A DNA stretch of 64,000 nucleotides from Candidatus Kerfeldbacteria bacterium (GTDB lineage: Bacteria; Patescibacteriota; Patescibacteriia; SBBC01). Each line of letters opens with the position of its first letter. The stretch's first letter is position 1. The stretch is taken from assembly GCA_016207275.1 (NCBI GenBank), contig JACQPY010000013.1, positions 20,285-84,284 of the forward strand, in the 5' to 3' direction. The position numbers and the translations under genes were made by a program. The notes below the pieces were generated by a model. That model saw nothing but the letters and a program-made list of their open reading frames with translations. It did no database searches and was not told the DNA's origin. Positions 33,432 through 44,131 of the stretch are shown in pieces.

Positions 33432-34229
33432 TTAGGCGAGGTGAAGGGTAACCACCAGCAGACCAATACCAAACGGGCTGTCATAAGATAATCGTCGGGC
33501 CAACGTCCGTTGATACTTGAGCATGCCGGCCAGCATGAGCAGCGGACGGTAGCCGCACGACTCAGCTAGCTCGACGTGGTCGAGATCGAGGGCTAACAGT
33601 TGTGCAGCGAGGGTTCGCTTGACGATCGCCTTGTTAACGGCTTGGTCGAAGGTGATGCCTTCTGGTCGCTGTCCTCCCGAGGCCGCCCGTGAAGCGTGGT
33701 GCGACAGCTCGGCACTGGCCAAGACAAAAATTCGTTCTCGCGTTTGGTGAAATTCTTCGGCGAGGAGCGTTCCGCAATGGACATGCGTCTGACGGTCGAG
33801 GGTCGCTGGGCCGATCGGTAGGATGGCGGCGGTGGTAATGTTCGGCGGCAGGAAGAGGAGCGGTACGGCGACGTCGTAGCTGATGGTCGCTTCCGACACC
33901 AGCTTGAGGGGAAAACCCTGGTCTTCAGCCCGCTCCTGCAGGCGGTGACCGAGCATCGGCCCGCCGCGCCAGGTAGCGGCGGTAACCAGATCACCAAATT
34001 CAGATAAGTTGGCCACCAACTGGTCAGCGACGTTTACCACAAACGATCCCGGGTGGGTCGGTCCGTGCGGGTGGAGAACCACGATGACCTGAGGCCGGAG
34101 GGCGTAGATTTCTTGAGCCAGGGCGGTTAGGGCCCGAACCGTCTTTTTTGTTTGTGACTGAAAGCCCTTGCCGATGCTCGGCAGCAGTAACGGCGAGTGT
34201 GGTGCAATGGCGGCTCCGATCAACGGCAT
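33432..34229 (-). CDS. Class III extradiol dioxygenase / LigB-MEMO1 (AmmeMemoRadiSam B-like) family protein
   Basis: 265 aa; AIAPHSPLL...VVLHPHGPTHP...SAELSHH, metal-binding His pattern typical of the LigB/DODA/MEMO superfamily. Confidence 0.45.
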   Translation of the reverse strand: MPLIGAAIAPHSPLLLPSIGKGFQSQTKKTVRALTALAQEIYALRPQVIVVLHPHGPTHPGSFVVNVADQLVANLSEFGDLVTAATWRGGPMLGHRLQERAEDQGFPLKLVSEATISYDVAVPLLFLPPNITTAAILPIGPATLDRQTHVHCGTLLAEEFHQTRERIFVLASAELSHHASRAASGGQRPEGITFDQAVNKAIVKRTLAAQLLALDLDHVELAESCGYRPLLMLAGMLKYQRTLARRLSYDSPFGIGLLVVTLHLA

Positions 34230-34231
34230 GG

Positions 34232-35677
34232 CTAACCGGCGAAGGCGTTAACGTCGCTGAGCCGATCACCGAGGGGGTGAATGCTGAGCGATCGTTCATT
34301 AGTCCAGACGATATTTTTCGATTTAAAGCCGAGCTCGCGAAAGGTTTCCAGATCTGGAAGCAGCCGTCGTTGGCCATCAGAGATGAAGTAGACCTTACCC
34401 TCAGTTCGCGTGGCCACCAGCTCGCCGTCGCGGAATTTGATCGGCTCACCGACCGGTGAGGCGTTGATCAGATCGTCGCTCGCGGGCTGGGGAACTTGCC
34501 CCCGGAATTGAGAGCGAAAAATTTGTGGTGAGTAAATGGCGTGCCGGTAGCCTTGGCTGTCGATAAAGCTGACGCCGCCGGAGGCTCGGGACTTGAGCAG
34601 TCGGCCGGTCGGGTAGATATCAGTTTCGGTCACCGCCTGACCCTTGGGGTAGGCCAGCAGCTCTTGTGCATCGACGCCGCGGATAATTTCCTCTGGATTG
34701 TAGCCGAGCGTCCGGAGCACCTCGCGGGAGGCGATCGGCCGCCGTTCGCCGTTAACCAAGAGGTAAACGCCGCCGCCCTGCTTGACCTGGAGCAGGCTCG
34801 GTTCCGGATACTTGATCGCCGGACCGATTTCGTAGGCGTCAATTTCATCACGCTCGACGGTCACCACTTTAGCCGAGTCGTAGTTGGCTAAAAAGGCGGC
34901 GCGAGAGGTGAAGGGCAGTCGTTGGCCGTCGCGGATTAGCCAGACGCCTTTGTCGCCGCGTACCCGCAGCAGCGCGCCATCGGGGTATTTACGAGTAAAC
35001 CAGCGGATCCACAGCAACTGGAACAATGAGTTAGCGCCCCAGCGCGGATCGCCGCCGCCGTACTTCCCGACGTAGGGATTGTAGATGTACAGGACGGCGG
35101 TAGCCATGTTTGCCGGGGTGACGGCCAGGCCGTCAATGGTGGTTTTGGTGATGCCCGGTCCCCAGCCGTTGAACTGTCCGCGGGTGCGCAGGGCTGGCAA
35201 GTAGTCCTCGACAATTCGTTTAGCCGCCGCGTCTAGTTGGATACCGAAACCCTGATACGCGCTGCTGCAGGTTGAGGGGCATCCGTAGCCCAGGGCGTAG
35301 TCGAGCTGGTGTAGAGACGGCGACGGGTCAGTGATCAGGCTTTGTTCTTTCTCGAGCATGGTCAAAAAGAATTTAGGATTGAGTTGGTGGCGGCGAGCCA
35401 CCGCCACGATCACGTCAGCCGCCCGTTGGCTATCGCCATCAAACGTTACCTCGTAGGCAGCCAGGTAGCTTCCGCGGTCGGCTAAGAACTGTTGGACCCG
35501 TTCCGCGCTCATCGAGTTATCGTCGAGCAGATCGTGGTCAGAGATGATCAGGTCGTTGCTGAACGCTTGGGCCGGCCGGGTCGGTCCACTGATTAGGCCG
35601 ACGGAGACGGCGAATAGTAAAATCAGCGCCGTGAAGCGCGTGCCCAATGCGTGCCTTCGCGTACGCGGACGTCGCAT
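34232..35677 (-). CDS. Secreted protein with three roughly 60-aa internal repeats (putative cell-surface or cell-wall-binding protein)
   Basis: Signal peptide; repeated modules (LIRDGQRLPFTSRAAFLANY / LLVNGERRPIASREVLRTLGY / FISDGQRRLLPDLETFRELGF). Confidence 0.45.
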   Translation of the reverse strand: MRRPRTRRHALGTRFTALILLFAVSVGLISGPTRPAQAFSNDLIISDHDLLDDNSMSAERVQQFLADRGSYLAAYEVTFDGDSQRAADVIVAVARRHQLNPKFFLTMLEKEQSLITDPSPSLHQLDYALGYGCPSTCSSAYQGFGIQLDAAAKRIVEDYLPALRTRGQFNGWGPGITKTTIDGLAVTPANMATAVLYIYNPYVGKYGGGDPRWGANSLFQLLWIRWFTRKYPDGALLRVRGDKGVWLIRDGQRLPFTSRAAFLANYDSAKVVTVERDEIDAYEIGPAIKYPEPSLLQVKQGGGVYLLVNGERRPIASREVLRTLGYNPEEIIRGVDAQELLAYPKGQAVTETDIYPTGRLLKSRASGGVSFIDSQGYRHAIYSPQIFRSQFRGQVPQPASDDLINASPVGEPIKFRDGELVATRTEGKVYFISDGQRRLLPDLETFRELGFKSKNIVWTNERSLSIHPLGDRLSDVNAFAG

Positions 35678-35735
35678 GTCAATTCAGTATACCTGATTTC
35701 GTGGTATACTACAAGCTCCTCGCGAGGTTTGCGGT

Positions 35736-36494
35736 ATGCTGACTCGACCGACTATCTTCGATGTCCCGCTAGATCCGGTTACCCTATCGTCGGCGCTTGA
35801 CCGTGCCGAAGCGGCGCTCGCTGGCCAGCGATTGTTTCACGTGGTTACGCCCGGCCCCGAATTTCTGATGGCCGCGCACGCCAACCGGAAATTTCGAGCG
35901 GTCCTGCAACGGGCTGATCTCTCGTTGCCCGACGGTTTTGGCGTTATCATGGCTGCGTGGTGGCTCGGCCTCGAGCGGCTGTCGCGCGTGACCGGTATGG
36001 ATTTTGTCCGCGGTTTGGCCGCCCGAGCCGCGGTTAAGGGGTACCGCTTGTTTTTGTTCGGCGGGGCGTCGGGGGTGGTCGCTCGGGCCGCCGCCGCGTT
36101 GGTCCGCGAGTTTCCGGGTATCCGGATTGCCGGTGTTGAGAGCGGGGTACGCGGCTGGGTTCGGTTACCCGACGCACTCGTCAGTTGGCGGATCCGGCGG
36201 GCGCAGCCCGATATATTGTTAGTTGCCCTGGGCGCTCCCAAACAGGAATTATGGATTGATCGCCACCGCGCACAGCTCGGTCGCGTCCGCCTAGTCGTCG
36301 GCGTTGGTGGCGTGTTTGATTACCTGGCCGGTGCGGTTCGCTGGCCGCCGCGGCTGGTTCGCCTGCTCGGTCTCGAATGGCTGTGGCGACTGGTGTTGCA
36401 ACCGCGACAACGATGGCAGCGGATCGTTACCGCCACCTGGCGGTTCGCTCGCGAGGTGCTACGGGAAAAACGGAGGCCGCATGCGGTCGGGTAG
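35736..36494 (+). CDS. tagA: WecB/TagA/CpsF family (GT26) glycosyltransferase
   Basis: LPDGFGVIMAAWWLG...LFGGASGVVARAAAAL...LVALGAPKQELWI. Confidence 0.75.
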   Translation: MLTRPTIFDVPLDPVTLSSALDRAEAALAGQRLFHVVTPGPEFLMAAHANRKFRAVLQRADLSLPDGFGVIMAAWWLGLERLSRVTGMDFVRGLAARAAVKGYRLFLFGGASGVVARAAAALVREFPGIRIAGVESGVRGWVRLPDALVSWRIRRAQPDILLVALGAPKQELWIDRHRAQLGRVRLVVGVGGVFDYLAGAVRWPPRLVRLLGLEWLWRLVLQPRQRWQRIVTATWRFAREVLREKRRPHAVG

Positions 36495-37947
36495 GGGAGT
36501 GCGGGTTCGGTTTGCTCCGTCACCGACGGGTGAGCCGCATGTCGGCAGCATCTGGACCGCGTTGTTCAACTTCCTGTTTGCTCGCCAGACCGGCGGGGCC
36601 TTCGTTCTTCGTTTGGAAGACACTGATCAGAAGCGATTGGTACCAGGTGCGGCCGAAAAGATCTATCAAGCCCTTGATTGGTACGGATTGACGCCCGACG
36701 AGGGGCCGCAGCGGGGCGGACCATTTCGACCGTACGTGCAAAGTCAGCGCCGCGAGCTACACCAGCAGCACGCTCGCCAGTTGGTGGAACAGGGGAACGC
36801 CTACTACTGTTTTTGCACGACTGAACGCTTAGAACAGCTTCGCCAGGCGCAGGTGGCGGCCAAGCGAGCGCCACGCTACGACAAGCACTGCGCCGCTATC
36901 CCACTGGCCGAGGTCAGTCGGCGTGTGGCCAGCGGTGAAAACGCCGTGATCCGGATAAACCTGCCGCTGACCGGAACAGTCGTGCACCATGACATCATCC
37001 GGCGCCAGGTCACGTTTCGATACGATCAGCTCGACGACAGCGTGCTTCTAAAGTCCGACGGATTTCCGACCTACCATTTAGCTAACGTCGTCGACGACCA
37101 CGTGATGGAAATTTCACACGTTATCCGGGCAGAAGAATGGTTACCGTCGGTGCCCAAGCATCTCTTCCTGCATCGCGCCTTCGGTTGGGAACCGCCGCAG
37201 TTTGCCCACCTGCCGCTCCTACTCGGTTCGGATCGGTCAAAGTTATCGAAGCGTCACGGCGCGACCTCGGCCCTGTCGTTCCGCGACGAGGGCTACCTGC
37301 CCGAGGCGATGCGCAACTTTTTGGCCTTAATGGGCTGGCACCCAAAGGACGATCGTGAGGTGCGGTCGCTCGAGGAGCTGATTCGCGACTTCCGTCTGGC
37401 TGACGTCAATCCGTCCGGAGCAATCTTTGATCGCACGAAACTCGATTGGCTCAATGGGGTGTATATTCGGTCGATGGATATTGATGAATTTGTCCGACGG
37501 GTTGAACCGTTTTGGCATCAGGCGCGCCTGGCGCAGGTATCGAATGAGTGGCGACGAGCGGCACTGATGATTGTTCGTGATCGGATGAGGCGACTGAGCG
37601 AAGTTGACGACTTAACCGCGTTTGGTTTTTCTTCGGTTTGGGATGAACAAAGACGGCTCTTTGATTTTGGCACGATGGCAACGCGTCATCGGACGGCGGC
37701 TCAAGCAAAAGGGGAGATTGATTGGTTTATGGATTGGCTAGATACGTTTTCCGAGCCGTGGAATGCAACAAGTCTTAAGATAAATGCCCTTGCCGCCATC
37801 GCCGCGGCCGGTAAAAAGAACGGTGATGTCCTGTGGCCGGTGCGCGTCGGGCTAACGTTGCGTCCGGCCAGCCCCGATGTTTTCGACGTCATGCAGCTAC
37901 TTGGAAAAGGGGAGACACGGCGGCGTCTGCGGACGTTCCTAACCTAA
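36481..37947 (+). CDS. gltX: Glutamyl-tRNA synthetase
   Basis: RVRFAPSPTGEPHVGS is the HIGH variant, and KLSKRHG is the KMSKS motif. Start set at the ATG at 36481; the ORF-track N-terminal extension is rejected. Confidence 0.9.
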   Translation: MRSGRGVRVRFAPSPTGEPHVGSIWTALFNFLFARQTGGAFVLRLEDTDQKRLVPGAAEKIYQALDWYGLTPDEGPQRGGPFRPYVQSQRRELHQQHARQLVEQGNAYYCFCTTERLEQLRQAQVAAKRAPRYDKHCAAIPLAEVSRRVASGENAVIRINLPLTGTVVHHDIIRRQVTFRYDQLDDSVLLKSDGFPTYHLANVVDDHVMEISHVIRAEEWLPSVPKHLFLHRAFGWEPPQFAHLPLLLGSDRSKLSKRHGATSALSFRDEGYLPEAMRNFLALMGWHPKDDREVRSLEELIRDFRLADVNPSGAIFDRTKLDWLNGVYIRSMDIDEFVRRVEPFWHQARLAQVSNEWRRAALMIVRDRMRRLSEVDDLTAFGFSSVWDEQRRLFDFGTMATRHRTAAQAKGEIDWFMDWLDTFSEPWNATSLKINALAAIAAAGKKNGDVLWPVRVGLTLRPASPDVFDVMQLLGKGETRRRLRTFLT

Positions 37948-37993
37948 GTTGGCTTGATTTTTTGCGCCGCCGGTGCTATACTGCTGGCGCACG

Positions 37994-39346
37994 ATGCAGA
38001 CAAATACCAAGCGACAACACGAGCGTACCGGGGGGTGGGGGCAACGAGTGCTCGCCAGCGGCTTGGGCTTTTTGATGGTATCAGCGGGGCTGATCGCGGT
38101 GGCGCAGACTAACTATGTCAACGCGAATGAGCATACGAATAGTATCACCACCGCGTCGGAACCCGATCCGGCCGCGCAGCAAAAAATTGATGAGCTCAAC
38201 CGGCAGATTGAAGAAAAACGCGGCCGCATTGATGAGCTGAAGCGGCAAACTGCCCTCTACGAACGTCGCCTCGAGCAGCAGCAGGATCAGCGAGCCTCCC
38301 TCCAACTTGAACTGGAGCAGCTCGGTGAGTCGATTGATAACACCAAGACCGAGCTCGAACTTAACACGATTCAGCTCGAGGCGCTCCAGCTGGAAATCCA
38401 AAAAGTTGAGCGCGAAATCGCTAGCCGCGAACAGCAGATTGCTGACCACCGAAGCGAGTTGGGCGAGTTACTACGGCAGCTCTACCAGTCCGATCAGGTC
38501 AGTCACCTTGAGCTGATCGTTCAGGAGCAGTCGTTTTCCGATTTTTTCTCTCGAGTCCAGCAATTGTATGCATTGTCAACCTCGATCGAAGAACGGTTGA
38601 CTGATGTGCTCGAGGTCAAGCGGCAGCTTGATAGTGCGGAGGCTGATTTAGCCGGCAAACGATCTGACCTCGACGCCACGCGCCAAGACCTGGAAGCGGC
38701 GCACGGGCGACTCTTGGATCAGGAGCGATACAAAGTTAATTTATTGGACGCGACGAAAGATTCCGAACAGAAATACGAGGCGCTGCTCGGCGAGTTGCGC
38801 GGACAGGCTTCGGCGGTCGATACCGAAATCACCTCTCTGATTGATCAGGTCAACCAGCGGCTGGCCGACCGTGGCGAGACGATTACCGTCTTGAAGCCCG
38901 GTCAGCTGACGTGGCCGGTCGACGCCAGTCGCGGGATTTCCGCTTACTTTCACGACCCGACGTACCCGTTCCGCAAAATATTTGAGCATCCGGCCATCGA
39001 TATTCGGGCCGTTCACGGAACCCCCGTCGCGGCGGCGGGCGACGGTGTGGTCGCGATCGCGCGAAAGTTTGACTGGGTCCGCAACGGCAAAGGCGATATC
39101 ATGTGGCCGGCCTACAACTTCGTTACTATTGTCCATGGCGGTAACCTGGCTACGGTTTACGGACACCTGAGCCAGGTGTCGGTCAACGAAGGTGACACGG
39201 TCAAGCAAGGACAGGTTATTGGCCGTTCAGGCGCCACACCTGGCACGGCCGGCGCCGGGCGGTTGACCACTGGTCCGCATCTGCACTTTGAGGTACGTGT
39301 TAGTGGCATTCCAGATGACCCGCTGAAGTACTTACCGGCGCAGTAG
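37994..39346 (+). CDS. M23 family peptidase with an N-terminal coiled-coil (EnvC-like murein hydrolase or activator)
   Basis: Long Gln/Glu/Leu-rich coiled-coil, then the M23 motifs HPAIDIRAVHGTPV...HLHFEV. Confidence 0.8.
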   Translation: MQTNTKRQHERTGGWGQRVLASGLGFLMVSAGLIAVAQTNYVNANEHTNSITTASEPDPAAQQKIDELNRQIEEKRGRIDELKRQTALYERRLEQQQDQRASLQLELEQLGESIDNTKTELELNTIQLEALQLEIQKVEREIASREQQIADHRSELGELLRQLYQSDQVSHLELIVQEQSFSDFFSRVQQLYALSTSIEERLTDVLEVKRQLDSAEADLAGKRSDLDATRQDLEAAHGRLLDQERYKVNLLDATKDSEQKYEALLGELRGQASAVDTEITSLIDQVNQRLADRGETITVLKPGQLTWPVDASRGISAYFHDPTYPFRKIFEHPAIDIRAVHGTPVAAAGDGVVAIARKFDWVRNGKGDIMWPAYNFVTIVHGGNLATVYGHLSQVSVNEGDTVKQGQVIGRSGATPGTAGAGRLTTGPHLHFEVRVSGIPDDPLKYLPAQ

Positions 39347-39422
39347 AGAGGAGGAGAGAGAGGGGGGTGGTCATCGGCAAGCTACTAATTTTACAATTTT
39401 AATGCGTCGCACAATATACCTT

Positions 39423-42041
39423 TTATGCCGCATGATATAGGCGCTGAGCTGGGTGGTGCTGGTACTGCCGGTAGTACAGCCGCTTGACGACTTCCGTGAT
39501 GACGACGTAGGACAGCACCAGTCCAGCGACCACAGCCATTGCTTGGAATGTTGGTTGGGTAAAGTGGAAGGCGGACTGGCCAAAGGGTGACAGCGGCAGG
39601 AGGATCGTTACCACGGCCGCGGCCAGGGTCAGCCAGATCAGACTGGGCGCGGCAGTCTGTGCCCGTTCAACCGGCCGGCTGGTGCGGAGGACAGAGATAA
39701 GCAACAGTTCACTGAGGATACTGTAGCTGAACCACATCGTTTGGATGGTGGTGACCGATTGGGTCCGGAATAGTCCGAAAAAGATGAAGTCGAACAGCGA
39801 GCTGACTAACCCCAAGGTCAGGGTGAGGAAACCGAGCTCACGCAGTCGGAAATGCTGCGGCCGTCTGGTCTCGGCCGGGTCAACCCGGTCAGCCGCCACG
39901 GCCACTAAGGGAAAATCAGTCAAAATGTTGGTTAGCAAAATCTGGACCGGCAGCATCGGTAAGAAGTCGGTAATCAGCGAGATGCCAGCGATGGCAAAAA
40001 AGTTGCCGAAGTTGCCAACCAAGGTGTACTTGACGTACTTCAAGATGTTGGCGTAGATGGTTCGCCCCTGCCGTATTCCCTCGATAATCACCCCTAGGCT
40101 TTTATCTAGTAGGACGATGTCGGCGGCTTCGCGGGCCACGTCGGCGGCCGAGTTGACGACCAACGAGACCGACGCCAACTTCAACGCCGGGGCATCGTTG
40201 ATCCCCTCGCCTAAGAAACCGACGCTGGCAGTCCGTTCTAAGCTTTTCAATAATCGAAATTTTGCCGCTGGTGTCATGCGGGCAAAAACCCGATAGGTCC
40301 GGGCGGCCTGGTCGTATTCGGCTGTCGATAATCGGTCAAGCTGCTCGCCGGTGATGACCTCAAACGGCGACCGGATCAGGCCGAGTTGCTGCGCCACTGA
40401 TCCGGCTACGGCCGCGCCGTCGCCGGTGACCACCTTGACCTCAATGCCCATCCGCTCGGCTTCGAGGACAGCGGAACGGCTCGTCGGCTTGAGCGGGTCA
40501 CTGAAGGAGATGAGGCCGACGAATTCGAGGTGATGCTCGAGCTGCTCGAGTGGGCCGGCGGGGCGATCGGTGAGGTGTTGCACGGCCACGGCCATCACCC
40601 GCTCCCCGTTCTGGCCGAGCTGGTCGGCGCGACTTTGAACTTGTTGATGCTCAGCCAAGTTGGCCGGTGCCTGGCAACTGGCGAGGACGACCTCGGGAGC
40701 GCCACGAACGATGTAGCGGAACTGATCTCGTTCGCGAATCAGGGTTCCGCTCCGTCGTCGTTCCGGATTAAATGGCACTTCATCGAGGACGTCGTTCCCG
40801 GGGACGGCATACCCTTCGCGCTCGGCAAAGGACATGATCGCTTGATCGAACGGATCACCGGTTAGTCGGGCACCGGCGCGAACCGACGGAGGGATGGCGG
40901 CCAGCAGCGTGGTGATCAGTGTCCGTCGGTCATCAGCCACAAGTTTTGAGACCGTCGGCTGATTGACGGTGAGCGTCCCGGTTTTGTCGGTGCACAGAAT
41001 ATCGATGTGACCGAGGTCTTCGATGGCCGTTAGGCGCTTGACCACGACGTGTCGCCGCGCCAGTTGGAGGGCGCCGCGCGAGAGCGTGATGGTGGTGACG
41101 GCTGGCAGCGCTTCGGGGACGACTGAGACGGCGAGCGCAAAAGCGAAGAGCAGCTGCTCGGTCACCGAGATGGCCGGTGATTTGGTCAGGACGTTGATGA
41201 CCACAACGGCGGCCAGCGATATGGCCACGACTTTGAGCAGAAAATTGCTGAGTATTTTGAGATTCTGTTCGAAGGTACTGACGTGCTTCGTCGTCGCGAC
41301 CAGACCGGCAATTGAGCCCAGAATCGTTTGGCGGCCCGTGGCAATAACCACTCCCCTCCCCCCGCCGGACCGGACAAAGGTGCCGGTAAAGAGCAGGTTG
41401 GCGCAATGGTGCAGCTGATCTGTTGGCTGCAGGAGCGGGTCTGCTTGTTTACGGACCGGAACCGATTCACCAGTCAACGTTGACTCATCAATCTTCAGAT
41501 CGGTGGTGTCGATCAGGCGGAGATCAGCCGGCACCTGGTCTCCCGCTTTGAGTAAGATTACATCTCCGCGCACCAGCGTGGCGCGATCGACCACGTGTAC
41601 GGTGCCGCCGTCGCGGAGAATGGTCGTGGTGGAGCGCAAAAAATTTTGCAGCGTCGCGAGCGCCCGGGCCGAACGAAATTCTTGGGCGAACCCGAGCAGC
41701 CCGTTGAGGACGACGATACCGAGGATGGTGACGGCGTCACGGGTCTCGCCCAAGAGCGCCGAGATGATGCCGGCCGCGACTAACAGGCTGACGAGCGGCG
41801 TGATAAACTGTCGGGCTAACAAAGTGTACCAGCGTTTTTCGTGCCGGCGCAATGAATTCGGTCCGTCGTGGAGCAGCCGCTCGCTGGCAAGCGCCGAGGT
41901 CAGACCGCCAGTTGAAGACGAAAGCAGGTCCAGGACGAGCCTGGCTGCTGGTGTTTGAAAGCGTTGGTGGCTGAGCGGCACTCCGCCGGTGGTTTGGTTC
42001 ATGCTACTGGTAGAATACGCGATCGCCGAAGCGGACATCAA
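39423..42041 (-). CDS. P-type cation-transporting ATPase (P2/P3-type, Mg2+/Ca2+ family)
   Basis: CTDKTGTLT phosphorylation motif, TGD, GDGINDAPALK, and 10 TM helices. Confidence 0.85.
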   Translation of the reverse strand: MMSASAIAYSTSSMNQTTGGVPLSHQRFQTPAARLVLDLLSSSTGGLTSALASERLLHDGPNSLRRHEKRWYTLLARQFITPLVSLLVAAGIISALLGETRDAVTILGIVVLNGLLGFAQEFRSARALATLQNFLRSTTTILRDGGTVHVVDRATLVRGDVILLKAGDQVPADLRLIDTTDLKIDESTLTGESVPVRKQADPLLQPTDQLHHCANLLFTGTFVRSGGGRGVVIATGRQTILGSIAGLVATTKHVSTFEQNLKILSNFLLKVVAISLAAVVVINVLTKSPAISVTEQLLFAFALAVSVVPEALPAVTTITLSRGALQLARRHVVVKRLTAIEDLGHIDILCTDKTGTLTVNQPTVSKLVADDRRTLITTLLAAIPPSVRAGARLTGDPFDQAIMSFAEREGYAVPGNDVLDEVPFNPERRRSGTLIRERDQFRYIVRGAPEVVLASCQAPANLAEHQQVQSRADQLGQNGERVMAVAVQHLTDRPAGPLEQLEHHLEFVGLISFSDPLKPTSRSAVLEAERMGIEVKVVTGDGAAVAGSVAQQLGLIRSPFEVITGEQLDRLSTAEYDQAARTYRVFARMTPAAKFRLLKSLERTASVGFLGEGINDAPALKLASVSLVVNSAADVAREAADIVLLDKSLGVIIEGIRQGRTIYANILKYVKYTLVGNFGNFFAIAGISLITDFLPMLPVQILLTNILTDFPLVAVAADRVDPAETRRPQHFRLRELGFLTLTLGLVSSLFDFIFFGLFRTQSVTTIQTMWFSYSILSELLLISVLRTSRPVERAQTAAPSLIWLTLAAAVVTILLPLSPFGQSAFHFTQPTFQAMAVVAGLVLSYVVITEVVKRLYYRQYQHHPAQRLYHAA

Positions 42042-43029
42042 TGTACTGCAACTGCTGGCGTTGACGGTTCAGCCGTTCGGTCAGCGCGACGCGAAGTTTC
42101 TCCAGTTGGGCGTCGAGATTGCCGCTCGAGTCAAGGCGTAGCTCCCAGGCTTCAGTTGTTTTGACCACCAGCGTTGGTTCGCGAACGGCTAGCTCAGCTA
42201 GATTGCACGGTTTTTCGTCCGCCCGCGGCTGATTGATTGATTGATTGGTTTTTGTTGCGTGGTTCGCATTGCCGTTAATGGTTATCGCACTCGGATTGTC
42301 TGTGGCATTGATGGTCAGTGTGCGTTCCTGGGCCGGTGGCGGTGTTTCCAGGCACGCGATCTTCCAGGTAGCGTAGTGGTCGACTTCAACTCCGAGCGGC
42401 GGCAACCGTTGGTCGACTGTGGCCAGTGCGGTCAGCAGGCTCGGTTGGACCACCGCGGTGCCGATCACCGTCGATAGGTCATTGCGGTCGGTGAGGATCA
42501 GCAAACCAGCGGGCCGGTCAGTCGGCGCTCGCTCAATAATGATGCCACGATCATCGAGGATAAACCGACGGTTGAATGTAGTTTGCCAGATCACCTTAGG
42601 TTGACGTTCCTGAATACTGACGCGCAGGGAATGAGTATCAGTTCGCGCAACCGTGACACGATTAATGCTCACGACGCGTTCGATCGAACGACGCAGATCG
42701 CGGGCCAAGGTCCCCGTTGGCGTTAGGAACGCGACCCGCCGCCAGTTGACGCCCAAGAGCCCTTGGTTGAGCTGCGCATTGACGAACCGCTCGATGCTAG
42801 CGGGATCGAGTCGCTCGGTGCCGGTCACTTCGACGCGCGTTATTCGCCATCGCGGCGACCAGAGGGTATAGGTCAGACCACCAACGATGAGCAACCCGAT
42901 GAGCACGAGCCACGGTCCTGACGGACGGCGGTATTCGACGAAGAGCGGATTGCGTCGTTCGGTTGGTGGAGCGGCGAAGTCACGACGGCGTGGACGACGA
43001 TTGAATAACCAGCGAAACGGGTTGACCAT
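42004..43029 (-). CDS. ftsQ: Cell division protein FtsQ/DivIB (POTRA domain)
   Basis: Basic N-terminus, a single TM (LVLIGLLIVGGLTYTLW), then the RITRVEVTGTERL POTRA start and a beta-rich periplasmic domain. Confidence 0.65.
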   Translation of the reverse strand: MVNPFRWLFNRRPRRRDFAAPPTERRNPLFVEYRRPSGPWLVLIGLLIVGGLTYTLWSPRWRITRVEVTGTERLDPASIERFVNAQLNQGLLGVNWRRVAFLTPTGTLARDLRRSIERVVSINRVTVARTDTHSLRVSIQERQPKVIWQTTFNRRFILDDRGIIIERAPTDRPAGLLILTDRNDLSTVIGTAVVQPSLLTALATVDQRLPPLGVEVDHYATWKIACLETPPPAQERTLTINATDNPSAITINGNANHATKTNQSINQPRADEKPCNLAELAVREPTLVVKTTEAWELRLDSSGNLDAQLEKLRVALTERLNRQRQQLQYIDVRFGDRVFYQ

Positions 43030-43031
43030 GG

Positions 43032-44129
43032 CTAGGCGACCTCGAGACGTGGGATCTCGCGATCAATTCGACTGACCACCTCGTAGTTGATGGTCCCCCA
43101 CTGACGAGCCAGTTCATCGGCATCCACGCGTGGGCCAAGTAACGTCACCTCGGTTCCCGGTTGGATACGTCGACGTGCTCCCAGGTCAATCATGGTTAGG
43201 TTCATGCAGACTCGGCCAATGATCGGATAGAGTTGGTCAGCAATGACGACCGAGCTTCGATTTGATGCTCGCCGGTCGTACCCGTCAGCGTAGCCAATCG
43301 GAATGACGCCGATCGTGCTTGATCGACGCAGACGGTAGGTTCGATGGTAGCCGATGGTGGTGCTGGCCGGCACTGACTTGACCTGGAGCAAGCGCGTCTT
43401 CCATGACAGCACTGGCTTGAGGCTAACTCGGTTGGCCTGCCGGGTCGCGGATGACGGCCACAGTCCGTACAGCCCGAGGCCGAGACGAACCAAATTGGTC
43501 GGCGGCAGGGGCAAGCGCAGGCTGGCAGCGGTGCAGGCCAGGTGAAGGTAGGGCGCGGGGATGTGGTGAGCCGCCTGAACGAATCGCCGTTGCTGCTGTC
43601 GGGTAAAGGTAAGCGACGCGGCTTCGGAGTCAGCGTAGTGAGAAAAAACACCCTCGACCGTCAGCGCCGGCTGGCGTCGAATGAAATTTTTCAGCCCGGC
43701 AAGCGCTTCTAGTCGGGTGCCGATCCGGGTTGTTCCGGTGTCAATTTTAAGGTGGACTATCGCCCGCCGGCCAAGCCGCCGGGCCACCCGCGCCACGGTT
43801 CTGGCCGCGACCAAATCCCAGACCACCAGTCGAATGCCGTGGCGAATGAGTCGTGGTAGATTGGTTTCTTGCCAGGCGCTCAGTACGAGGATCGGTTTTG
43901 CGGTGAAACGACGAAGTTCCTCGGCCTCAGTGTCGTAGGCCACACAAAAGCCCCAAATTGGGCTGCGGTGAAGGTTTTCTACAACCCAACGGTTTCCGTG
44001 TCCGTACGCATTGGCCTTAACCACCGGGGCAATTAAGGCCTGGTTACGAAAAAAGTGCTGAAATTGGCCAAAATTCCATAGCAGCGCCCTGCGGGAAACT
44101 TCAACCCAGGTACGATCTGACGTAGCCAT
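43032..44129 (-). CDS. alr: Alanine racemase
   Basis: VVKANAYGHG PLP-lysine motif, with a C-terminal beta domain. Confidence 0.85.
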   Translation of the reverse strand: MATSDRTWVEVSRRALLWNFGQFQHFFRNQALIAPVVKANAYGHGNRWVVENLHRSPIWGFCVAYDTEAEELRRFTAKPILVLSAWQETNLPRLIRHGIRLVVWDLVAARTVARVARRLGRRAIVHLKIDTGTTRIGTRLEALAGLKNFIRRQPALTVEGVFSHYADSEAASLTFTRQQQRRFVQAAHHIPAPYLHLACTAASLRLPLPPTNLVRLGLGLYGLWPSSATRQANRVSLKPVLSWKTRLLQVKSVPASTTIGYHRTYRLRRSSTIGVIPIGYADGYDRRASNRSSVVIADQLYPIIGRVCMNLTMIDLGARRRIQPGTEVTLLGPRVDADELARQWGTINYEVVSRIDREIPRLEVA

Positions 44130-44131
44130 TG

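Noticed and set aside
35731-35740. 1-nt discrepancy between my hand count of the ATG for the tagA-family gene (35735) and the ORF-track start (35736)
   Set aside because: The ORF-track coordinate is frame-consistent with the stop at 36494. My manual base counting can be off by one, so ORF-track coordinates are used where available and my own coordinates are stated as approximate.
36304-36480. N-terminal extensions of ORF-track entries: gltX from 36304, GT4 from 58405, 2-hydroxyacid dehydrogenase from 7041, obg from 15912, trxB from 16921, ssb from 11606
   Set aside because: The extensions are Cys/Arg-rich or overlap upstream genes, and the conserved protein N-termini begin at internal ATGs with plausible RBSs. 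Internal starts were used.
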